This document shows, one piece after another, positions 1-8,026 of a stretch of 20,000 bases of DNA. A program made the translations under genes and the position numbers. The notes beneath the pieces are model-generated. The model was not told where the DNA came from, did not search any database, and was given only the letters and a program-made list of their open reading frames with translations. The number at the start of each line of letters is the position of its first letter. Within the stretch, counting starts at the first letter, position 1. The DNA is from an uncultured virus (IMG/VR IMGVR_UViG_3300042326_001281) (lineage: Duplodnaviria; Heunggongvirae; Uroviricota; Caudoviricetes), in IMG/VR virus record IMGVR_UViG_3300042326_001281; one strand, given 5' to 3'.

Positions 1-22
1 GAGAATAGTGCTAGGCTAGTTT

Positions 23-331
23 ATGAGTGAACGGTCTGAATTAAAACGAATGGGTGCAAAGGCTCATAAAAATAGTGGTCGCGGTCAATATCAAAAAGCC
101 GATGGAAACATAGATAGGTTTGTAATCGATGTAAAAGAATATGGTAAGTCAATATCACTAAACCAAGATATGTGGGCTAAGATTGTTACCGATTGCCTTA
201 AGACAGATAATACAAAGAATCCTTTGCTTCAGGCTGTATTAGGTAGCGGCGGAAGAAGGACTAGGCTCGCCGTTATTGAGTGGGAAGTACTAGAGGAATT
301 ATTGGAGGAGATAGATGGAAAATACAATTGA
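23..331 (+). CDS. Small PD-(D/E)xK nuclease, Holliday junction resolvase-like
   Basis: 102 aa; early E, 'NSGRG..KADG...FVIDVKE' fits the Hjc-like E..SG..D..(D/E)xK pattern. Confidence 0.6.
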   Translation: MSERSELKRMGAKAHKNSGRGQYQKADGNIDRFVIDVKEYGKSISLNQDMWAKIVTDCLKTDNTKNPLLQAVLGSGGRRTRLAVIEWEVLEELLEEIDGKYN

Positions 332-647
332 TCTTATTAATCAGGTGTCGGAGTTCGCTGACATTCATGATTTTGTCAGCGATGACGGGCTTGATGAGGC
401 GATGGCTGCTATTGTAAAAATTATTTCAAAGCCAGACATTCCTCCTGTCCAGGCACTTACTTTAATTGCAAAACTTCAGGCTTTATCTGCTAAGTTTGGA
501 ATTCTTGCAGCATGGTATTCGACGGCGGCTAAAGGCCCTACTGGATCTCCAAATAACATTAAAAAGAATATCTACTATTCAACAAAGGATGCCCTAGACA
601 AATTAGTAGACAGTTTGAAGTACATCGTAAGATATAATTTAGGTTAA
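315..647 (+). CDS. Hypothetical helical phage protein
   Basis: 110 aa; SD GGAGGAG just upstream; overlaps the previous stop. Confidence 0.75.
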   Translation: MENTIDLINQVSEFADIHDFVSDDGLDEAMAAIVKIISKPDIPPVQALTLIAKLQALSAKFGILAAWYSTAAKGPTGSPNNIKKNIYYSTKDALDKLVDSLKYIVRYNLG

Positions 648-648
648 T

Positions 649-1425
649 ATGACAAAGAATCTATTATCATCACTGATGACTAAACCTAAGAATACTAAAT
701 TGAATGCACGCAAGTTTGTTAAGATGCTTAACTCTGCATATCAAAACTCTAATACAAATAAAGAGTTTAAGAAGAAAGTTTCTTTTGCTCCTAGCACTAT
801 TGGATATGGGCATGGTACATGCGCTAGATACTGGTGGATTGCTTTTAATGGGGCGGAATTTACAGAAAATATTCCTGCCGCTAATATTGCATCAATGCGA
901 TCTGGAACTGCCGCTCATGAACGCATAGAAAAACTTGTTGAATCTACAGGTTTATTAAAACAGAATGAAAGAGAGATTAAAAACACCGACCCTCCTATAA
1001 GAGGATTCGCTGACCTAGTACTGGAGGTTGATAATGAAGAGATTATCGGTGAAATCAAAACGATCAAAGACCAATATTTCATTCAAAGAAAGGGTGAAGG
1101 ACACCCTTCTCCAAGCCATCTTCTTCAATTATTAGTTTATATGAAAATTGAGGGGGTAGATGAGGGATTCATTTTGTATGAAAATAAAAATGACAATGAA
1201 TTACTTTGCCTTCCCATTGAGATGAATGATAAGAATAAAGAATATATTGAGTATGTGTTTTCTTGGATGCAAGAGGTTCGTGAATCATATAAAAACAATA
1301 CTCCCCCCAAACGAGGGTACACAAAGTCTACCTGGACCTGTAAAGGATGCCCAGTATCAGAGGCATGTGAAGAGCGTGAGGATGGTCAGGTAAAGATTAC
1401 TAATCTCAAAGTGGGTGTTGAGTGA
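649..1425 (+). CDS. Cas4-like (PD-(D/E)xK, 4Fe-4S) exonuclease
   Basis: N-terminal 'PS....CARYWW', 'GTAAHE', 'GFAD...EIKT', 'QLLVYM', C-terminal 'CKGCPVSEAC': the split 1+3 Cys pattern of Cas4/AddB-type nucleases. Confidence 0.85.
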   Translation: MTKNLLSSLMTKPKNTKLNARKFVKMLNSAYQNSNTNKEFKKKVSFAPSTIGYGHGTCARYWWIAFNGAEFTENIPAANIASMRSGTAAHERIEKLVESTGLLKQNEREIKNTDPPIRGFADLVLEVDNEEIIGEIKTIKDQYFIQRKGEGHPSPSHLLQLLVYMKIEGVDEGFILYENKNDNELLCLPIEMNDKNKEYIEYVFSWMQEVRESYKNNTPPKRGYTKSTWTCKGCPVSEACEEREDGQVKITNLKVGVE

Positions 1426-1718
1426 AAAACTGTGCCAATTGTGGGCAGCCATTTGAATCTAATAAAAAGAATCAAAAATATTGCACTCCAGCCTGTTGTC
1501 GTTTAGCGACAAACAAAAAAATAATGACCAAGTATTATGAAAATAAAAGAAGGCTAAGTGGAGAAAAAAGATACTGTGAGTGTGGTCAATTACTTAGTAG
1601 GTATAATGAAGATGTTAAATGTTTTATCTGTAGCGATAATGAAAAAACAAAAGATAGAAATGAAATCCTAGAGGTTATTAAAAGTGTCATTAAAAAAACT
1701 AATAAAACAAAACGCTAG
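1422..1718 (+). CDS. Cys-rich zinc-finger protein
   Basis: CANC..YCTPAC and CEC..CFIC; GTG start overlapping the upstream TGA. Confidence 0.7.
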   Translation: MKNCANCGQPFESNKKNQKYCTPACCRLATNKKIMTKYYENKRRLSGEKRYCECGQLLSRYNEDVKCFICSDNEKTKDRNEILEVIKSVIKKTNKTKR

Positions 1719-2250
1719 TACAGTCTTGGGAGTGGATTCATCTACTAATTCCTTTGCCTTCTGCCTGTTTGACGGCAAGCCAATTAAATGGGGCAAGGTA
1801 GAATTTCATGGAAACAATATCTATGACAAAGTAATTGATTGTAGGGATAAGATTCCTTTTATTAAAGAGGAAGTCAAGCCAGATTATATTTGTATAGAGT
1901 CCGCCATCATGGTAAAATCTCAAGCAGTTGCTATTCACATGGCTATGATTGTAGGGGCATTAGTTGGAGGATTGGCTAAGGATTCTAATAGCATTATTAC
2001 AGTCCCTCCGATTCAATGGCAGTCATATATAGGTAATAAAAATTTAACAAAGGCTGATAAAGAGGGAATTAAATTAGAATTTCCTGGCAAATCAGACAAT
2101 TGGTACAGAAATTATTCAAGAACTTTAAGAAAGCAAAAAACTTTAGATTATTTTAATAATAAATTTAATATTAATGTGACTGATAACGATGTTGGAGATG
2201 CATTTGGATTAGCCTATTATGCACATATGAATTTGGTTAATCATGTCTAA
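1684..2250 (+). CDS. RuvC-like Holliday junction resolvase
   Basis: 'VLGVDSST', 'ICIES', 'DNDVGDAFGLA' match the RuvC acidic catalytic motifs. Confidence 0.8.
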   Translation: MSLKKLIKQNASTVLGVDSSTNSFAFCLFDGKPIKWGKVEFHGNNIYDKVIDCRDKIPFIKEEVKPDYICIESAIMVKSQAVAIHMAMIVGALVGGLAKDSNSIITVPPIQWQSYIGNKNLTKADKEGIKLEFPGKSDNWYRNYSRTLRKQKTLDYFNNKFNINVTDNDVGDAFGLAYYAHMNLVNHV

Positions 2251-2410
2251 ATTATATGAAAATAAAAGTTATCTTGCTAAAAGATACCTTGTAGATAAAA
2301 AATCTTTAGAAGAGATTGCTAAAGAATGTGGGGTAAGTCATCAGACTATCTATCGCTACTTAGTAAAACATAATCTCATCCGTGACCCTAGAAAGTTTGG
2401 TAAAAAATGA
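2243..2410 (+). CDS. Small helix-turn-helix DNA-binding protein (55 aa, absent from ORF track)
   Basis: Manual translation MSKLYENKSYLAKRYLVDKKSLEEIAKECGVSHQTIYRYLVKHNLIRDPRKFGKK; classic HTH; fills the gap with overlaps at both ends. Confidence 0.85.
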   Translation: MSKLYENKSYLAKRYLVDKKSLEEIAKECGVSHQTIYRYLVKHNLIRDPRKFGKK

Positions 2411-2751
2411 TTGAACAAAACCTACAGCGCATGTATGCTGAGAAAATTATGGACGATATAAAAGAAGGTGTGCAGTTAATTCCTCGCAACACTGTTGAGA
2501 TGGCAATTCAAGATGAATGCCATAGGGTTACCACCCTACTGATAGAAAAAAATCGATCATATGGTAATTCAGCACTTAACCCCGTAAGAGTATTTTCACG
2601 GTCGGACACAACTGAGCAATTGAAAGTTCGTATAGATGATAAGTTATCTAGATTTATGAATGGTGATGACACCTTTAAAGAAAATGATCTTGACGATCTT
2701 ATGGGTTATCTGGTATTATTGAGTATTGCACTAAAGGAGACATGGAAGTAA
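2407..2751 (+). CDS. Nucleotide-modification-associated domain 1 (Nmad1/DUF1599-like) all-alpha protein
   Basis: 'KNRSYGNS', 'RIDDKLSR', 'DLDDLMGYLVL' resemble the K..DYG / R..DK..R / D..DL..Y motifs of this family. Confidence 0.65.
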   Translation: MIEQNLQRMYAEKIMDDIKEGVQLIPRNTVEMAIQDECHRVTTLLIEKNRSYGNSALNPVRVFSRSDTTEQLKVRIDDKLSRFMNGDDTFKENDLDDLMGYLVLLSIALKETWK

Positions 2752-2927
2752 TGCCTTTATATACATACTATTGTAATGTTTGTGATAAAGATCTAGAGGT
2801 TATTTCTAGTATTGAAAAAAGAGACACACAAAAATGCGATAGTTGTGGTTACTCATTAATTAGAAATATCGATAGGCCAGGTTTAGTATGGGCACCAACT
2901 CGCGGCGGTAGCGGATTCGCTACCTGA
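2751..2927 (+). CDS. FmdB-family zinc-ribbon protein
   Basis: MPLYTYYCNVC...CDSCG; start better placed at ATG 2751 (TAATG overlap). Confidence 0.8.
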   Translation: MPLYTYYCNVCDKDLEVISSIEKRDTQKCDSCGYSLIRNIDRPGLVWAPTRGGSGFAT

Positions 2928-2938
2928 TAGGAGATAGC

Positions 2939-3241
2939 ATGTCTAGAAAGAAAAGTGAACCTATAGAGGAACGAACCCACTATGGGGTAAACTCAGACAT
3001 ATCTGTTTTCCATGAACTAAAGTTTGGCAAGGAATTAATTAAACCAGGGGACATGCTTAAGTTTAAAGATGTTAAAGGTACATTTAGATTTATTCAACTT
3101 GCCCACAATGTTAAAAAAGATATTACCTGGATCGACTGCTACAGCCCTTCTACTGGAGAGTACCGATCATTTTATGTAGATCGACTAAAGGGTCCAGTGT
3201 ATGCTAAAAAAAGTATTAGAAAGAAGATGAATGTCAACTGA
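2939..3241 (+). CDS. Hypothetical phage protein (small beta/SH3-like)
   Basis: 100 aa; SD AGGAG; 'WIDCY...YRSFYVDRLK'. Confidence 0.7.
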   Translation: MSRKKSEPIEERTHYGVNSDISVFHELKFGKELIKPGDMLKFKDVKGTFRFIQLAHNVKKDITWIDCYSPSTGEYRSFYVDRLKGPVYAKKSIRKKMNVN

Positions 3242-3749
3242 AATAGTTCTAGCAGAACGCTGGGAGAAAATTAATAGAGTTGTTGATGTGTTCTTAAAAG
3301 GAACAACTAATCCTGCTGCTATTGCTAAAACTACTGGATTTAAAAGAACGGAAGTTCAAGAGTATTTAAATGAGTGGCGTTCAGTCATTCAAAGTGATAG
3401 ACAGGTTCAGATGCGTGCTAGAGAGGCTTTAGCAGGAGCCGACAGACACTACTCTATGCTTATTGAAGAGGGTTGGGATGTAATTAATCAGGCGGGTCTG
3501 ACTTCAGACCTTGCTAAAAAAACAGCGGGAATCAAGATCGTAGCAGACATTCAGCAAAAGCAAATTGATATGTTGCAAAAAGCAGGACTAATTGAAGATA
3601 GCGAGATTGCTCAACAGATCATTGAAACAGAGCGTAAGCAAGAAGTTCTTGTTAAAATTCTTAAAGAAGTGGTGGCGGACTGTGATCATTGTAAGCGTGA
3701 TGTTGCAAAAAGACTTGAAGAAGTAACTGGGAAGGCAGAAGGATTCTAG
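3231..3749 (+). CDS. Putative terminase small subunit / HTH protein
   Basis: N-terminal HTH-like 'PAAIAKTTGFKRTEVQEYL', helical body, C-terminal CDHC; stop overlaps the TerL start. Confidence 0.55.
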   Translation: MSTEIVLAERWEKINRVVDVFLKGTTNPAAIAKTTGFKRTEVQEYLNEWRSVIQSDRQVQMRAREALAGADRHYSMLIEEGWDVINQAGLTSDLAKKTAGIKIVADIQQKQIDMLQKAGLIEDSEIAQQIIETERKQEVLVKILKEVVADCDHCKRDVAKRLEEVTGKAEGF

Positions 3750-5524
3750 TGTTTGATGATTTTTTATCCGCGCTAGAAGAGGATGAGTTTGATGAACATC
3801 CAGTAGCAATTGAAGAATTTGTTACAAATGAACAATATCTACACCTACCTCCATTATCTTCCTATCAATATCATTCTATTAAAGCAATGACTCAAATCTA
3901 TAAAAAAGAAACTCTCATTAAATTATATGGTGAAGAAGAAGGTGTTAAGAGATACCGACAAACTTGTAATGAAGTTATCCTGCAATTAGGAAAGGGTTCT
4001 GGAAAAGATTACCTTTCTACTATTTCTGTTACCTATCTTGTATATTTATTACTATGCCTTAAAGATCCCGCCAAGTATTTTGGTAAACCTCCAGGTGATG
4101 CAATTGATATTATTAATATTGCTATTAACTCAGAGCAGGCAAAAAATGTTTTCTTCAAGGGTTTCCGTAAAAGAATTGAGGACTCTCCTTGGTTTACTGG
4201 AAAGTTTAGTATTACCGCCCAAAGCGTAACATTTGATAAATCTATTACTTGTCACTCAGGGCATTCAGAGAGAGAGTCTTGGGAGGGATATAATGTTATC
4301 TGTGTGATCCTTGATGAGATTTCTGGGTTTAGTACAGTATCTACCAGTGGAAATGAACAGTCAAAGACTGGTCAGGCGATCTATGACATGTATAGGGCCT
4401 CTGTAGATTCCCGATTCCCTGACTTTGGAAAGGTCGTGTTATTATCTTTTCCACGATATAAAAATGATTTTATTCAACAACGATATGATGCAGTTGTGGC
4501 GGACAAAGAAGTTATCATTAAGTCATATACCTTTAAACTAGATGATGAACTAGACGATGTGAAAGAAAATGAATTCTCTATTGAGTGGGAAGAAGATCAA
4601 ATTAATGCATACAAATATCCAAAAGTTTTTGCATTAAAAAGACCAACTTGGGACATTAATCCTACCCGATCGATCAACGATTTTAAGATTGCATTCTATA
4701 ATAATCCAGTAGATGCTTTAGGTAGATTTGCCTGTATGCCACCAGACGCTGTTGATGCATTCTTTAAATCAAAAGAAAAGATTATGACATGCTTTAATCA
4801 ACCAATGAATGGCGTGGACGATGATGGAAGGTTTAAAGACTGGTTCCTTCCACAAGAGGGTAAAGAATACTACATACATGTTGACCTAGCCCAAAAACAT
4901 GACCATTGTGCAGTATCTATGGCGCACGTTGACAGATGGGTGCATATTAAAAGTTTTATGCAGCATAATGTAGTTAGCCCAGTAGTAGTTGTTGATTGTG
5001 TGAGATGGTGGACTCCAACGTCAGATAAATCTGTAGACTTTTCTGAAGTAAAACAATTCATTGTTGACCTAAGATCAAGAGGGTTTAATATTAGAAAAGT
5101 AACATTTGATAGATGGAACTCTCACGACATTATGACAGAATTAAAAATGATTGGTATTGACGCAGAGACTCTTTCCGTAGCCAAAAAACACTATGACGAT
5201 ATGGCTATGTTAGTTGGAGAAGAAAGAATTATTGGGCCAAGCATTAAACTTCTTACAGATGAATTACTTCAATTAAGAATTTTAAGGGATAAAGTAGACC
5301 ACCCCAGAAAGGGAAGTAAAGACCTCTCTGACGCAGTATGCGGAGCAATATATAACGCAATATCAAATACTAGAAAGCAGTCAGAAGAAGCAGAGATTGA
5401 AGTTCATACATATAAACAATTTATTAGAGACCAGCAGCGGGAGGAAGCAGAAAAAAATGTTATTCGACCCCCAGCACAAAACTCTAATATCGATGACTAC
5501 ATAAATAGCATTGGAATGATTTAA
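3749..5524 (+). CDS. terL: Terminase large subunit
   Basis: Walker A 'GKGSGKD', Walker B 'VILDE', nuclease motifs 'HVDLAQKHD', 'FDRWNS', 'KDLSDA'; 591 aa. Confidence 0.9.
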   Translation: MFDDFLSALEEDEFDEHPVAIEEFVTNEQYLHLPPLSSYQYHSIKAMTQIYKKETLIKLYGEEEGVKRYRQTCNEVILQLGKGSGKDYLSTISVTYLVYLLLCLKDPAKYFGKPPGDAIDIINIAINSEQAKNVFFKGFRKRIEDSPWFTGKFSITAQSVTFDKSITCHSGHSERESWEGYNVICVILDEISGFSTVSTSGNEQSKTGQAIYDMYRASVDSRFPDFGKVVLLSFPRYKNDFIQQRYDAVVADKEVIIKSYTFKLDDELDDVKENEFSIEWEEDQINAYKYPKVFALKRPTWDINPTRSINDFKIAFYNNPVDALGRFACMPPDAVDAFFKSKEKIMTCFNQPMNGVDDDGRFKDWFLPQEGKEYYIHVDLAQKHDHCAVSMAHVDRWVHIKSFMQHNVVSPVVVVDCVRWWTPTSDKSVDFSEVKQFIVDLRSRGFNIRKVTFDRWNSHDIMTELKMIGIDAETLSVAKKHYDDMAMLVGEERIIGPSIKLLTDELLQLRILRDKVDHPRKGSKDLSDAVCGAIYNAISNTRKQSEEAEIEVHTYKQFIRDQQREEAEKNVIRPPAQNSNIDDYINSIGMI

Positions 5525-5875
5525 ATGGATATGAATGAAGAACTCATAGAAATTTTTCTAGAAAAAGGGTACATTGAAGTAGTAGGATATAATCCTGTAG
5601 GAGATCCAGTATATAAAATTACTAAAAAGTTTTATGAAGAACAAAAAGAACTCTTAGCCGATATGAAAAAAATGGATTCAGACATTTTAAATTCTATATG
5701 GTTTAAGGGATACATAGATTTAAAGATGGATGAGGAAGGAAATGCTTTTGTTTATCTAACAGATAAATCAGAAGTCTGGGTTGACTCAGAAGATTTAACA
5801 GAAGATGAAAAATCAATGATGTATCTTATCTACAGCACAGGAGCATATTATGGTGGAGAGTGGACAGAACTCTAG
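5525..5875 (+). CDS. Hypothetical acidic protein (possibly two wHTH-like repeats)
   Basis: 116 aa; internal similarity 'LEKGYIEV..' / 'WFKGYIDL..'. Confidence 0.65.
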   Translation: MDMNEELIEIFLEKGYIEVVGYNPVGDPVYKITKKFYEEQKELLADMKKMDSDILNSIWFKGYIDLKMDEEGNAFVYLTDKSEVWVDSEDLTEDEKSMMYLIYSTGAYYGGEWTEL

Positions 5876-6392
5876 GAACGTTATCGACTATTACAAGGAG
5901 TGGGAGAATGATCAAATTAAAGCAGATCTTGATACCCGCCGACTTCCATTTGTTGTAGGGTTTGAGAATATTTCTGGTGATTTTAATAAAGCATCTGGAA
6001 TTCGCAACAGTAACGCTTTTCTAGCAAAAGAGTCATGGATCATTGGTAATAAAAGATGGGATCGCCGTGGTGCAGTAGGTACTCAAAACTATGTTCATCT
6101 TAAATATGCTCCATCACTAGATCATATTTATCTTAATGAGCCTCATATTAGAGATATGCGGTGGGTAGCAGTGGATAATGTACCTGGGGCTATTCCAGTC
6201 ACTCAATACGAGTGGAGGCCAGACACCTTCATGATCTTTGGTGAAGAGGCGAGGGGCGTTAGCCCCATGGGTCTTGGAATGGCAGACGATGTTGTGATGA
6301 TCCCACAACTTGGAAGTGTTCGTAGTCTAAATGTTAGTGTCGCAAGTGGAATTATGATGTATGATTACGCGACAAAACTTGGAATGCTATAA
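5850..6392 (+). CDS. SpoU/TrmH-family (SPOUT) RNA 2'-O-methyltransferase
   Basis: 'ENISGDFNKASGIRNSNAF', 'IFGEEARG', 'IPQLGSVRSLNVSVASGI' are SPOUT motifs 1-3. Confidence 0.9.
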   Translation: MVESGQNSRNVIDYYKEWENDQIKADLDTRRLPFVVGFENISGDFNKASGIRNSNAFLAKESWIIGNKRWDRRGAVGTQNYVHLKYAPSLDHIYLNEPHIRDMRWVAVDNVPGAIPVTQYEWRPDTFMIFGEEARGVSPMGLGMADDVVMIPQLGSVRSLNVSVASGIMMYDYATKLGML

Positions 6393-6393
6393 T
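6385..6393 (+). promoter_or_regulatory. Extended -10 promoter TGCTATAAT
   Basis: Perfect TGn-TATAAT ending 5 nt before ATG 6399 (leaderless arrangement). Confidence 0.6.
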
Positions 6394-6398
6394 TGGTC

Positions 6399-6530
6399 AT
6401 GGAATGTAAATTTTGTGGTAGCCCCGCAGAATGGCGGGGAGAAAGAGATAACTTCAAAACAGAAGTTTGCCATAAACACTTCCATGCATATTATATTAGT
6501 TTTTGGATGTGGAGAAAAATAAATGGCTGA
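6399..6530 (+). CDS. 43 aa CxxC...CxxH zinc-finger microprotein (absent from ORF track)
   Basis: MECKFCGSPAEWRGERDNFKTEVCHKHFHAYYISFWMWRKING; overlaps the start of the next gene. Confidence 0.65.
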   Translation: MECKFCGSPAEWRGERDNFKTEVCHKHFHAYYISFWMWRKING

Positions 6531-6882
6531 AACGTACACACCCACTGATGCTATGTCATCAAATGCGAAACGAGCATTGAAGTGGAAAGAAGAAGGCAAG
6601 GCTAAAGGCGCAGGAACATCTGTTGGATGGACACGGGCGGGACAACTGGCAAGAAAGGAATCCCTTTCATTAGACACAGTTAAGAGAATGTACTCTTATT
6701 TCTCTAGACATGAAGTAGATAAGCAGGGAAAGGGATTCTCTCCTGGTGAAGAAGGCTATCCATCAAATGGAAAGATCATGTGGGATGCCTGGGGCGGTGA
6801 CGCAGGATATTCCTGGTCAAGAGCAATCGTTAATAGAATGAAGAAGATGTGGGAAGGCACCCCGTTTGATATAACTAAATAG
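6523..6882 (+). CDS. Conserved phage protein; domain recalled as commonly fused to head-morphogenesis/prohead proteins
   Basis: 'GTSVGWTRAGQLA...LSLDTVKRMYSYFSRHEVDK...GYPSNGKIMWDAWGGDAG'; SD GGAG. Confidence 0.7.
   Translation: MAETYTPTDAMSSNAKRALKWKEEGKAKGAGTSVGWTRAGQLARKESLSLDTVKRMYSYFSRHEVDKQGKGFSPGEEGYPSNGKIMWDAWGGDAGYSWSRAIVNRMKKMWEGTPFDITK
6867..6875 (+). promoter_or_regulatory. Extended -10 promoter TGATATAAC for the RNA cluster
   Basis: TGn-TATAAC about 10 nt upstream of the structured RNA. Confidence 0.45.
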
Positions 6883-6885
6883 ACT

Positions 6886-6987
6886 CCGATGTGCCAGCAA
6901 TGCCGAGTTACGCGGTTGATACCAGCATGAAGTTAGTCAAACGTGCAGAAAACCTTGGGATGGTGTAGTTACCCGTTGGCACATCGG
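6886..6987 (+). ncRNA. Candidate structured ncRNA of unknown family
   Basis: CCGATGTGCCAGC (6886-6898) pairs with GTTGGCACATCGG (6975-6987): 13 bp with one G-U; internal hairpins possible; GC-rich, intergenic, 3 nt upstream of tRNA-Gln. Confidence 0.6.
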
Positions 6988-6990
6988 TTA

Positions 6991-7061
6991 TGGAGAATGG
7001 TGTAATGGCAGCACAAATGTCTTTGGAACATTTAGTTTAGGTTCGACCCCTGATTCTCCAG
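6991..7061 (+). tRNA. tRNA-Gln (anticodon UUG), CCA not encoded
   Basis: Acceptor TGGAGAA/TTCTCCA; anticodon arm AATGT-CTTTGGA-ACATT; T arm TTAGG-TTCGACC-CCTGA. Confidence 0.93.
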
Positions 7062-7073
7062 CGTTTTAAGCAG

Positions 7074-7145
<72 letters not shown>

Positions 7146-7152
7146 CGTGGAA

Positions 7153-7320
7153 ATGCATAGCGATGATGAATGCCAAAAATATTGGCGAGATAGATTCTCA
7201 GATCAAATAGAAGAATGTATCGAAACTCCTTTTGCAGAAGATTATTCTTCAGAAGCAGAGTGGTTTAGACAGGGGTTAAGATATGCAATGATGATTATTC
7301 GATGGGACTATGATGAGTGA
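7153..7320 (+). CDS. 55 aa acidic hypothetical protein (absent from ORF track)
   Basis: MHSDDECQKYWRDRFSDQIEECIETPFAEDYSSEAEWFRQGLRYAMMIIRWDYDE; no clear SD. Confidence 0.5.
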   Translation: MHSDDECQKYWRDRFSDQIEECIETPFAEDYSSEAEWFRQGLRYAMMIIRWDYDE

Positions 7321-7346
7321 GGCTGGTCACAAAAAGCCTTTTAAAT

Positions 7347-7375
7347 TTGACCTCTTAGAGTTACCCTGATAAGAT
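7347..7375 (+). promoter_or_regulatory. Sigma70/SigA-type promoter
   Basis: TTGACC-N17-TAAGAT upstream of SD AGGAGG and ATG 7404. Confidence 0.65.
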
Positions 7376-7403
7376 TAAAGTATCAACCCACAAGGAGGAT
7401 ATT

Positions 7404-7562
7404 ATGAGAGCGTTTGCACATTTTTTCTCAGAAGTATTTAGAACAGATGCCACAAGCAACTATAAACTTCAGAGTGAATGGGACAGAGCAAGAAGCGAGG
7501 CTTCACGATTTGGCCCGTCCCATGTTGCAGAGATTGATGCAATCTTTGCCCGTCAAGCATAA
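7404..7562 (+). CDS. 52 aa small protein (absent from ORF track)
   Basis: MRAFAHFFSEVFRTDATSNYKLQSEWDRARSEASRFGPSHVAEIDAIFARQA; strong SD AAGGAGG and own promoter. Confidence 0.75.
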   Translation: MRAFAHFFSEVFRTDATSNYKLQSEWDRARSEASRFGPSHVAEIDAIFARQA

Positions 7563-7565
7563 TCA

Positions 7566-7595
7566 TTGACACCCAGCCCACGACTACTGTATTAT
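7566..7595 (+). promoter_or_regulatory. Sigma70/SigA-type promoter overlapping an inverted repeat
   Basis: TTGACA-N18-TATTAT upstream of the lipoprotein gene. Confidence 0.55.
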
Positions 7596-7608
7596 TAGTG
7601 TCGTGGGC
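7576..7608. repeat. Inverted repeat / hairpin (terminator or operator)
   Basis: GCCCACGAC (7576-7584) / GTCGTGGGC (7600-7608), perfect 9 bp, extendable inward; weak U-tract. Confidence 0.7.
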
Positions 7609-7633
7609 AAGTCATTTATAGAAAAGGATTAAT

Positions 7634-8026
7634 ATGAAGAAGATTATTGTAGCCGCCACTATTTCTATGGTGGCACTAGTTGGATGTACGTCACAGTCGG
7701 AACCAACTCCAACTGTAACTATTACAGAGCAGGCTCCTGCACCACTTAATACAGATGATGGTGTTGTTACTAACTCACAGAAGTTTGTTGATTTTATTAG
7801 GGACAATGGTGGTATCTATGGTCAGATTGCCGAAGAGTCTGATATTTTTAGTTTAGGGCAAACTATTTGTGAAGGTTTTGCTGGAGGTTTGTCAGAGGAT
7901 GAAATTACTTATGTTCTGGCACAGGCTCTTGTAAATAATGATATGGACAATGATGATGGCGCAAAGTTTGGGGCGGCTCTAATTGTTGGGGCTAAAAATT
8001 ATCTCTGTGAGTCATCAACTTTCTAA
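7634..8026 (+). CDS. Lipoprotein, DUF732-like
   Basis: Signal peptide with lipobox 'ALVGC', P/T linker, then 'FVDFIR...GQTICEGF...GAKNYLC' with two Cys. Confidence 0.75.
   Translation: MKKIIVAATISMVALVGCTSQSEPTPTVTITEQAPAPLNTDDGVVTNSQKFVDFIRDNGGIYGQIAEESDIFSLGQTICEGFAGGLSEDEITYVLAQALVNNDMDNDDGAKFGAALIVGAKNYLCESSTF

Noticed and set aside
649..1425. Cas4-like gene as evidence of a CRISPR-Cas system
   Set aside because: No repeat-spacer array or other cas gene in the window; solo Cas4-like nucleases are common in phages
3749..5524. Intein or intron in terL
   Set aside because: Continuous ORF of ordinary length with no intein splice or LAGLIDADG motifs seen
6886..6987. Third tRNA, tmRNA, SRP RNA or hammerhead ribozyme
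   Set aside because: No TTCRA T-loop, no tag ORF, no SRP GGAA-loop motif, no CUGAUGA core; kept as an unknown ncRNA
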